Below, in pieces: positions 38,670 to 47,400 of a DNA stretch of 64,000 bases (its first letter is position 1; each line of letters begins with the position of its first letter). The stretch spans positions 1 to 64,000 of the IMG/VR virus record IMGVR_UViG_3300025030_000071; one strand, written 5' to 3'. The DNA comes from a virus. A model generated the notes under the pieces. That model was not told where the DNA came from, made no database searches, and worked only from the letters and a program-made list of their open reading frames with translations. A program made the translations under genes and the position numbers.

Positions 38670-39182
38670 ATGGCACCTCTTAACCCCAACGCAAAAACCT
38701 CACCAGGATCCCCAGGATCCGTTTTAAGCCCCGAAGCAGACGTTGCCTATGGGTCACCCTCTCTCCCAGAAGACGAAGGCTTAGAATCGATCCTTGATCC
38801 CCTTGAGGAGATTTCTAGAACTTTCCCTGGTGCACCATCCCGTGATGTGCTCAATAGTTGGAAGATTGAATTCGGAGCTCTTTATGCATTCGTCCCTGAT
38901 GACGAGAAGGTCTTCTTGGTCCGTCCCCTCCGGCGCCTAGAATACCGAAATATCCTGAGGGACACTCGCGGTCTTGGCCAGTCAGGCGTTACTCCAGCAG
39001 AAGATATTGAAGACCTTTTCCAGGAGAAGGTCGTTCAGTGCTGCTTACTCCATCCAGTGGTAGATCACAAGATGCTAACCATGTCTGAAGCCGGCCTAAT
39101 CCCAACCCTCTTTGCCCTTATCATGGAGAACTCTAAGTTCGTAAGCCCTGAAAGAGCAATGAGCGCCTGTTACAAGCTATAA
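38670..39182 (+). CDS. Tail assembly chaperone (putative)
   Basis: Lies between tube and tape-measure locus. RPLRRLEY..CCLL..AGLIPTL. Confidence 0.6.
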   Translation: MAPLNPNAKTSPGSPGSVLSPEADVAYGSPSLPEDEGLESILDPLEEISRTFPGAPSRDVLNSWKIEFGALYAFVPDDEKVFLVRPLRRLEYRNILRDTRGLGQSGVTPAEDIEDLFQEKVVQCCLLHPVVDHKMLTMSEAGLIPTLFALIMENSKFVSPERAMSACYKL

Positions 39183-39199
39183 TAGAAGGAAGTATTTTT

Positions 39200-39565
39200 A
39201 TGTTTAAAGATAAGATCATTGTCCTAGTAGAACGCAGAGGATTCTCAATTGGCAAGATTGCACAGCCAAACCAACTTGGTCATGGCGACGTTATCGAACT
39301 TTATGACGCAAAGACTGAAGAGCCAATCCGTCACAAGACTGGAGCTTCTTACATTTGCACTTCAAATCCCAAGAAGGCCCCTAGTGGCGAATGGCATATT
39401 GATTATGTCCCCGTCCTAGAAGCAAATGACGTCTTCAATGAGCTTGGTGATGGTGGAACCTTCACTGTCGCCCAGGATACAAGAGGCAATTTCCAGCCAG
39501 GTGATAAGTTGAGCCAGGGCAATGTCTGGGACCAGGTCCCAATGTACAATCGCAAGAATGCCTAA
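39200..39565 (+). CDS. Hypothetical protein
   Basis: 121-aa ORF preceded by AAGGA. Confidence 0.6.
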   Translation: MFKDKIIVLVERRGFSIGKIAQPNQLGHGDVIELYDAKTEEPIRHKTGASYICTSNPKKAPSGEWHIDYVPVLEANDVFNELGDGGTFTVAQDTRGNFQPGDKLSQGNVWDQVPMYNRKNA

Positions 39566-39641
39566 GCCAGTAATCAATACCAACGGTCAGGTAACTAAGC
39601 CTGACCGAACAAAGCCAATCGTAAAGAAATAAGGAGTCAAT

Positions 39642-39743
39642 ATGCTTTCATTTTTATTTGGGGCTACCTGTGGTGTGGTCGGAACAATTTTCTTCCCCTT
39701 GTGGAGTAGACCTTTTAAAAAATGGCTTGGCTTGAGTGCGTGA
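39642..39743 (+). CDS. Small 33-aa membrane peptide (not in ORF track)
   Basis: TAAGGAG SD. MLSFLFGATCGVVGTIFFPLWSRPFKKWLGLSA*. TGATG overlap with the next gene. Confidence 0.6.
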   Translation: MLSFLFGATCGVVGTIFFPLWSRPFKKWLGLSA

Positions 39744-40009
39744 TGGATCCAGGTCACGGCAATCAGTGTTTTGCAATTCGCTGTACCCACATACCCACCG
39801 GCATCACGGCTAGTGGGTGCAGCTGCTCTTTAGGGACTCATAGTCATTTTTTAACAAAGAAGAAAGTTCTTTGCTATCTTAGATCAAAACTAGCTGTTCA
39901 TTTAAACCCTTCCATCCTCCCCCCAGAAACAACCAAGGATTATATCTTATACGATGGCGAAAACGTACCTAGACTACAAGATAGAATCGACCAGCATATA
40001 CCGGACTGA
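39743..40009 (+). CDS. Small protein resembling a class I release-factor segment, lacking GGQ
   Basis: AIRCTHIPTGITA...HSHFLTKKKVLCYLRSKL versus the RF consensus AVRITHxPTGI...RSQxxNKxxAxxxLxxxL. Start reassigned from 39722 because of TGATG coupling. Confidence 0.5.
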   Translation: MDPGHGNQCFAIRCTHIPTGITASGCSCSLGTHSHFLTKKKVLCYLRSKLAVHLNPSILPPETTKDYILYDGENVPRLQDRIDQHIPD

Positions 40010-40670
40010 CTTTGAAGAAGGTCATGTAGTCTGGACCCCCCTTCCTTGGTCTGAATATCGCAAATACAGAGAAGCAAGAGACTTCATGGGTGCCACCATC
40101 GACATCCAATTAGAAGAATCTATCTTTAACAAATGCGTTCTTTACTCTAGCTTTGACGAAGACCCACCAGAAGAACTCTCAGAAGAAGAGAAATGGCGTT
40201 GGACAGAAGACTCCCGCGCTCATCAAGATGCTGGCATCATATCTTCAGTAGTAAAGAATGTCCTTTCTGTATCTGGCACTTTAAATCCTAATTCCATAAT
40301 AGAAGTTATTTCTTATAATAGACAAGCTGTTGCTAATATCGAAGACCAGCTAATTGTTTTTATATGTAATGCATTCCCTGCTTATACTCCAGAAATGGTA
40401 GAAGCGATGGAATGGGCTACTATACTTAAAAGAGCAGCTCAGGCAGAAATGATATTACAAACTGAAATCCAGATAACTGATCCAGAAGAAGAAAGGGTCA
40501 AAGCAGCTAGGGCTCAGAAGATCAATATCGAAAAGGAAATAGCTGAAGTAGGTGCTGCCATGGGCGGCAGATCAAAACAAGACAAAGCAATGGAGCAGCA
40601 AGCTGCTGCCGATCACAGAAAGCAGATGGGCGAGCTGAGAGGACAATACCTTAGATCAAGAGGCATGTAA
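39954..40670 (+). CDS. Second tail assembly chaperone paralog (putative)
   Basis: TPLPWSEY..IFNKCVL..AGIISSV parallels 38670-39182. Abuts the tape-measure locus. Confidence 0.55.
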   Translation: MAKTYLDYKIESTSIYRTDFEEGHVVWTPLPWSEYRKYREARDFMGATIDIQLEESIFNKCVLYSSFDEDPPEELSEEEKWRWTEDSRAHQDAGIISSVVKNVLSVSGTLNPNSIIEVISYNRQAVANIEDQLIVFICNAFPAYTPEMVEAMEWATILKRAAQAEMILQTEIQITDPEEERVKAARAQKINIEKEIAEVGAAMGGRSKQDKAMEQQAAADHRKQMGELRGQYLRSRGM

Positions 40671-43600
40671 ATGGAAGAAAAGCCTCTTATCAGTGGTGTT
40701 GATAAAAAGCCTTTTATCGAAGTCACCAACCATGAATACGATGAATCTAGAAGATGGACCCAGGGGCTAACTTATCTTGCTCTATCAAGTGTGGCTTTAG
40801 TTGGTGTTAGGTTCGCCAGCAATATTACTTTAAATATAGATCCAAGTAGATTATCTTATCTTACTCAGGGTCTTGGCAACTGGTGGGAAGTAGCTGGTTA
40901 TCAATTAGATGCAACTGGCAAAACCCCAGTTAGATTAAGAGACTTCGCCTTAGAAGGCATCAAGCGTGTCGAAGAAACCATGGGGGGCATTCCGAGAACC
41001 TTCGGTCTCTTTGGATATGCTTCCGCCGGCACGCTGACAACTCCTGCCTCTCGTTTAACAATTCCCCCAGAAGCTCTTGTTGGAGCTAGATCCCATTACG
41101 AAACCCTCTTAGGTGAAGCTGGTCATACTCTAACCCCAGAGGACATGATCAGAGGCTTCAAGGTCCAGCCGCACGAAGGCAGACCAGCTTTGTTCCGCCT
41201 TGCCCCTGACAGTAGTATCTCTGGCGACCCACTTATCTCCGATGTAGATATCAGAGCACGTCGTTGGCAGGTCGAAAAGGACTCCCTTCGAGATGCTGAA
41301 GGTCGCCTCAAATACCAACACGTAATCAAAGAAACAGAAGTCTACAGTGATATCGCCGGCGCCAAACCAATCAGCAGAAACAATGAATTCAGATATGTAG
41401 TAACTAAAGCTACTGGTAAACCAAAAATCTCTGGAGTCTTGAGAGAAGCGTTAGAACCATTCCTTAATGTTGATAAGTTAGAATCAAAGATAAACATTCC
41501 TCCAGAAGCCCACAAAGTACTTCAAGGTGCTCAGGTATTTGGAAAGCGCATGACGGAACGTTATATGCGTGTTCTAGATAGCCCGTTGGAATTCATAGAA
41601 GAAGTTGTTTATGGTGGACCTTCTTCTGAAAGAGGACTTCTTAAAAAGAGTATTGAAAGCAAACCATATTCATTCTTTAAGAATGTCTTGGGTGCAGGAG
41701 GGGATTATTCAGGCACTGCTTTAGACTTGTGGGGTCGTCATATAAGCAGGCTCCTGCCAATTGTTGTTGGTGGTGCAGCTGCTTATGAAGTCGGCTCTGC
41801 TGTAACAAATCTTTTCTTTGGCAGAAATCTAGAACAGATGGGAGGAGAAGCTGTTGCAGCAGGTGAAAGAACTTATGCTGGCATCTCTGACCTTACAGGC
41901 CTAACTGCTCTAAACAAATATCAAAAAGACAAAGCAGAAGGCTCTCACCGGCTCTTAGGCGTTATGGCTTTTCCACTTTCGGGTGCTCTAACTGGATGGG
42001 TAGCCGCCGGCCTAACAAACAAATTAGCAACCCCTGAAGGCGTTTTCCCTTGGGCACATGCCAGAGAAGCGGTCCATGATGCCCCAGCTATTCTCCAGAA
42101 AGCGGAAAAGGTTCCACTCCTAGGTAAACTCTTTGGTGCTGGGATGACTAGAGGAGCTAAATTCGCTGGGATAGGTGGAGCTATTGGCGGGCTTCTTTCA
42201 TTACCATTCTTAATTGGTTCTTTAGGTTCCGGCTCCTCCTATAGGGAAGTGGCTGCTGAGCAGTCTGGAGAAGCTGAAGTATCTATAAAGAAAGGAAGAT
42301 TTTGGGAATCCGGAAAGTCGGACATCGAGGGCGAAGGAGAACAGATCTATACTGAAGGCTGGTATAGAAGATTAATGAACGAAGGCATAGACGACCTTAA
42401 TTATGGAGACTATGCTGACAGACCTTTCTCAAGAATGATTAAAGGAGTTACAGATCCCTACTACATTGAAAAAGAAATGTATCATGAAAGACCTTACCCA
42501 ATTGCAACAGCAGATGATTCTTTTGCGGGTCCGTTAGGTCCAATCTGGGCGGCCACAATAGGTAGAGTTCTAAAGCCAACCAAATATATGCATGCTGATG
42601 AAACATCCGCAGGCGGCCTCGAAGGCATCCAGCAAGGCGAAGCAATCCAGTATGGGAAGGACGTCTCTCAAGCCCCAGGAGGCGATTTAAGGAGTTCTGG
42701 ACCTGCGCCTGCACTCACCCCCTTAAGCCCATCCTTCACAGCCGGAGAAACGATCTACAGAGCTTCTGACGCTGCTGGTTTACCTGGTTATATATTAAGC
42801 GAAGCCCTCGGCTCAGACTCTTGGTGGGCTGACAAACCAGTACTTGCTTCTTCAAGTGATATTGGCAATATGCGTAATTCATTCTGGGATTGGGAAATTG
42901 GTGGTGGCGCCATGACCAGTGAGGGAATCCGCAGATTTCTTCCCAAAGACAGAACTGATATCCAAACCGTTAACCCAATTGCAAACGATATGCCTGCATG
43001 GCTCCCAGGGGCTGATTACTTCCAAGGCTCATTCTTGGAAGGGGACCCTTACTCTGGCAGAAGGATGAAGGAAAGACTGCCAGGCCCTGGTTTCGCTTCT
43101 CGCTTCCCAGAATTGGAAGATGTTCCATATGAAGAATATCCTGATATCTTCAAGTACAAGATATTAGCCGATGTTGCTAGGTCAAGTGATGAGTTTAAAG
43201 AAGTAGCTGGCAGAGTTAAAAACCAAGCAGACTCTGGAGAACTCCCCTATAGAGATCAGGCTATTTATGCTGGGACCCAAGCACAACTCTTAGAAAGAGA
43301 AAAGAAACTTTCATTTAGAGGAGAGCCAGAAGGCATCTTAGGCAACTACTGGGCGGGTCTAACCTCAGCCGGCCACCTAAACCCAGTTGAACATTTACTG
43401 CCCACCTCTCCTGTACATAAATCCTCAGGACCAGTTTCACCAATCCAGACTTATGAAGAACGAGAAGTATACAGCAAGACTTCTCCTCAATGGAATAAAC
43501 CAATAAGTGATTTCATTTTACCAGCAGCTAGAACAGCCGTTGCCGCAACTGGTGTCGATTTCATCCCAGCTCCAGTCCAAGAAGAGCGAGATCTAAAACA

Positions 43601-44474
43601 ATACTTTGATATCTTAGATTATACTAAAGCTAAAAAACTAGAAGGTGCTGCTAGAGAACAAGGTGAAGGCAGAGCTGCTTTTGCTTTTGCTAGAAAAGCT
43701 GAATTCACTATGTACGGTGCTGATCCATATGCCGACGTAGAGACAGTTGAGAAGGTAATCCCCCGAGAAGAGAAACCATACTTCAGGGAATTTGTTGCTG
43801 AAGATGACCCAGAAGTTAGAAAGAGAGTGCTTGAAGCCTCTCCAGCATATATGAAGAAATTCTATATGGCTCAATGGCAAAAGAAACTCTATGGGTTCTT
43901 AGCCTCCAAAGATGAAATCTCTGACCAAGAATCAGAAGCCATGCAGGCTATTGAAGCTTCTAGAGCCTTAGAAGGCCAGTCAGCTTCAATGGATATGTTC
44001 GGGGACTACTACTCAGGTGTTCAATCAGGTGATATAAGACCTAACACCTTTCCTGATTTTATTAGGGCAAAAAGATTAGAGGGTTATTTTGAAGAAGAAT
44101 CTCCTTTTAATGCACCAGCTTCGGATTGGATCGGCTACAATCCTGGTGCTAATATGGACAGTATCAAGCTAAAAGTAGTACAAGCAGAAGGACTCGACCA
44201 CCACGATTTCGATTTGTGGGAAGATGATTCAGCCCAGGCTGAACGAGATTTGTACGCTGCCGAAGGTGCTAGGGATCTAATGAATGGCCCTGGAGAAGAC
44301 CCTAACGAATTATCTAAATCTTTAATGGCTCTTAGATTAAGAGATTTGGATGTTCAGTTCACCAGTTCACCAGGAGACAAAACTAGAATAGTTTTAGATC
44401 TTGCGATGGATAAACGTGGTGAGATTAAGCGCCAACTTGAGCTTCAAGGGATCAGGTATGGAGTCGACACGTAA
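40671..44474 (+). CDS. Tape-measure-like/ejected protein with hydrophobic segments
   Basis: 1267 aa, directly after the chaperones. Several Gly/Ala-rich hydrophobic helices (LLPIVVGGAAA, AGIGGAIGGLLSLPFLIG). Confidence 0.55.
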   Translation: MEEKPLISGVDKKPFIEVTNHEYDESRRWTQGLTYLALSSVALVGVRFASNITLNIDPSRLSYLTQGLGNWWEVAGYQLDATGKTPVRLRDFALEGIKRVEETMGGIPRTFGLFGYASAGTLTTPASRLTIPPEALVGARSHYETLLGEAGHTLTPEDMIRGFKVQPHEGRPALFRLAPDSSISGDPLISDVDIRARRWQVEKDSLRDAEGRLKYQHVIKETEVYSDIAGAKPISRNNEFRYVVTKATGKPKISGVLREALEPFLNVDKLESKINIPPEAHKVLQGAQVFGKRMTERYMRVLDSPLEFIEEVVYGGPSSERGLLKKSIESKPYSFFKNVLGAGGDYSGTALDLWGRHISRLLPIVVGGAAAYEVGSAVTNLFFGRNLEQMGGEAVAAGERTYAGISDLTGLTALNKYQKDKAEGSHRLLGVMAFPLSGALTGWVAAGLTNKLATPEGVFPWAHAREAVHDAPAILQKAEKVPLLGKLFGAGMTRGAKFAGIGGAIGGLLSLPFLIGSLGSGSSYREVAAEQSGEAEVSIKKGRFWESGKSDIEGEGEQIYTEGWYRRLMNEGIDDLNYGDYADRPFSRMIKGVTDPYYIEKEMYHERPYPIATADDSFAGPLGPIWAATIGRVLKPTKYMHADETSAGGLEGIQQGEAIQYGKDVSQAPGGDLRSSGPAPALTPLSPSFTAGETIYRASDAAGLPGYILSEALGSDSWWADKPVLASSSDIGNMRNSFWDWEIGGGAMTSEGIRRFLPKDRTDIQTVNPIANDMPAWLPGADYFQGSFLEGDPYSGRRMKERLPGPGFASRFPELEDVPYEEYPDIFKYKILADVARSSDEFKEVAGRVKNQADSGELPYRDQAIYAGTQAQLLEREKKLSFRGEPEGILGNYWAGLTSAGHLNPVEHLLPTSPVHKSSGPVSPIQTYEEREVYSKTSPQWNKPISDFILPAARTAVAATGVDFIPAPVQEERDLKQYFDILDYTKAKKLEGAAREQGEGRAAFAFARKAEFTMYGADPYADVETVEKVIPREEKPYFREFVAEDDPEVRKRVLEASPAYMKKFYMAQWQKKLYGFLASKDEISDQESEAMQAIEASRALEGQSASMDMFGDYYSGVQSGDIRPNTFPDFIRAKRLEGYFEEESPFNAPASDWIGYNPGANMDSIKLKVVQAEGLDHHDFDLWEDDSAQAERDLYAAEGARDLMNGPGEDPNELSKSLMALRLRDLDVQFTSSPGDKTRIVLDLAMDKRGEIKRQLELQGIRYGVDT

Positions 44475-47400
44475 TGGGTAACAGTAGCGATTCATTCTGG
44501 GGGGAGTATGTAGCTCCAGCTGCCTTATTAACGGGAGCCGGGATCACTGGCTATCGCACATTCCAACAAGTAAGTGCAGGTCGTATATCTGCACCTTGGC
44601 GCCAGCAAAAAGAACAAAAAGACCTTCTCCAAAAACTAAAGAGTGCAAGAGCTAACCGCTATGAAATCTCTGCAACTGATTTAGCAGATGCTTTAGACTT
44701 TGATACTAGCCGATATAAAGGCTTTAACATCTTTACAAAGAACAGAAGCAAAATTGAACCAGCATTTAAAACAGCCAAAGAACTAACCGTCAAGAGCCTA
44801 TTACGTTCTTTTAACTTAAGCTCCTATGCTCAAACAGAACTAAAGGTTAACTTAGAGAATTTAGGCGATATATCAGCAGCTAACCTAAGGCATTTAATAG
44901 GGCTTTCGCCAAGCCACAAACAGCATGTTGAAAGAGTTGCTCGCTCAACGGGTTTATTACATTTAGTGGATATCCCTGGCGCTGATACGGCAACAGGTCA
45001 ATCGCTAGAAAAAAGAGCTAAGTTAGCTTACAAACAACTCATCACAGGGCATGAAGGACTTATAGACAGAACAGCTCCTGATCTTGGTGCTTTTATGGAA
45101 GAGCATAATATCTCAAGCGAGATACAAAAGCACAGAAGAATAAAACAGATACAGATGGATTCTCCCGAAGTTATCGCTGCATATTTTGAAGAATATGGCT
45201 TTGGCAAAAGAGAAGACTTAATAGCTAAAACCCATCGTCTTTTCCAAGCCGCTAAAGGCAAGGGGTTAAAGACTCAATTAATCCTCTTAAAAGAAGGCGC
45301 CAGAACAGAACTCTCCCAAGTAAGAATCTCAAGTGGTAAAGCATTCCAGGATATCCCAATCCAGCAAGCTAACGGAAGAATAAGACTTGGTGCATTAAGC
45401 CCAACTGAATATGTAGCTAGACAGGCTTTAAATCCAGGAGAAATGAGATCATATTTAGCTGGCAATAAAGGCACAAAGATCAGTATGGGTGCTGACGAAT
45501 TCCTGATGGATTACTTTACTGAGAATATGGATGATCTTGTTGAAGGCGATAAGTACAAGAGGTTTGTACGTTCTCATATCCAAGTAGGCAGAGAAGATAT
45601 GGGTAGATTACTCATCCCTACTGTTGCTAATGAAGGACTCAATGTAAAGCGTGTCTATGAAATGGCTGCTAAAGGATTTGGCGCTTCTGCCGACGAACTC
45701 TCTTCTTTGAGAAAGATGTTAGCTGAACGCAATAACTACGACCCAGTCGCTGGCCTCGGTCCAAACCAGGTTACAAATGATGTTTTTACCCTTCCTCATC
45801 CTAGCGGGAGAATAGCAGGTTCACTTCCGGTAGGATACTCTGCTGATTCCAGAACTACAGCCCAGAGATCACGTCCTTTTAAAATCTTAAATGAAGGTAG
45901 GGGCGCAAGTACTAAATTTGTGGGGATGTTAGAAGAGCAATCAGGGGACCAGATGCTGCGCATGCGCACAGCGGCAATTCCAGAAGAACATTTAAATGCT
46001 TTGCTTGCTGGCTCCAGTAGACCTGAGCTAAGAGCTAATGATGATATCCTATTTTTATTGGATCGTAATATTAGATATGGTGAAAGCCGCACCATAAGAT
46101 TAGGTAAAAGCAATCTTCAATCTGCCAAACTTGAAGAACTTCTACAAAACGAGACATTAAGGAGGCACGCTTTTGGAGAAGGCATCCAAGCTAGAATCTC
46201 TTTCCTTGAAGGTTTAGGTGGAGATACCATAACCGCAGAACAAAAAGCGGAAAGAGATCTGTTAGAACAAGCTAGAAGGATTTCTCCATCTGAAATTCTT
46301 GGGGAATCCTCAAAGGGGGGCTTTCAGAAAGGCCCAAAGTCTGGGAATTTTCTTCTAGACAAAATCTTAGAAGATCCAAAGACTGGTGAACTTGCTTTAG
46401 CAGGGATGGACGAAAGAACCTTGGGGGATACTGAAAAACTCTTCGGCAATAAAAAAGTTATTCAGATGGTGCCTGCAAGGACAGAATTCCGGGGTCTGGC
46501 TACTATATATGAAATGGCCAAAGGGTCGTCAGACATATTGCCAATTATGGCGCTACCTGAAGGGCCAGAACGTGCCGCTGCATTAAAAGATTTCTATGGT
46601 AAATATATGGATGCTTTCCGCAGAAGCTACGGTAAGGCAATAAAATCCAACAACGGATTTACTTATAGGATTGACCCCAACACAGGTTCTACACACCACA
46701 TCACTGTAGAAGAAATCATTCGAGGTACCCCAGAATTTAGGGATTTTGAATTAGGTCCACCAACGGAACCAGAAGTCTTGAGAAGAGCCCCAATTGAAGA
46801 GGCTTTAAGAAGAACCCGGGGGGTACAAGCAGTTGAGTCTCAGGGTATAAAGAAAATAGGTGAAAAATCCCTAGATACAATCACGACTGCTATGCTTGCA
46901 GAACTTTCTGAAAGACACCAGGGAATAGTTAGGGAAGCCGATACAGCAGCTGCTCATCTCGCAGGTTCTAGTGGCCTAGGTGGCGATTATTCTGATTGGC
47001 AAAGAGCCTATTCAGAAGGAGGCGCAGAAAAAGCAAGATTCGGCCATGCCTTAAGAAGTGGGATAAAAGGTGAAGAATTGGCAGCGGCCAGAGCTGGGAT
47101 GAAGCGAGCGAAATGGCTTTCTTCTGAAACTGCAAGACTAGACCCCTCAGTTCAAGGATCCCAATTTACAATTGGCCAATACCAAAAAGAAAGAAGAGAC
47201 ATAGAAGGTTTCTTCGCAGAAGTCGGCATCACCCCAGGAAAAGATAACATCTATAGATATCAAGATGCCCTTACCACATTAAGAGACCCTAGATCAACAC
47301 AAAATGTAACCAACTTGTTTGATAAGGCCTTGGGGCTTACAAGAGACATCGGGATGAGAAATAAGCTTTCTCTTTGGAGCACATCTCAACTCTTTGCAGA

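Noticed and set aside
39150-39200. Programmed frameshift at the end of the tail chaperone
   Set aside because: No XXXYYYZ slippery site seen before the stop, and the next ORF has its own SD-like sequence.
39743-40009. Release-factor-like ORF as evidence of stop-codon reassignment
   Set aside because: Genes are full length under the standard code, TAA, TAG and TGA all end coupled genes, and the ORF lacks GGQ and codon-recognition domains.
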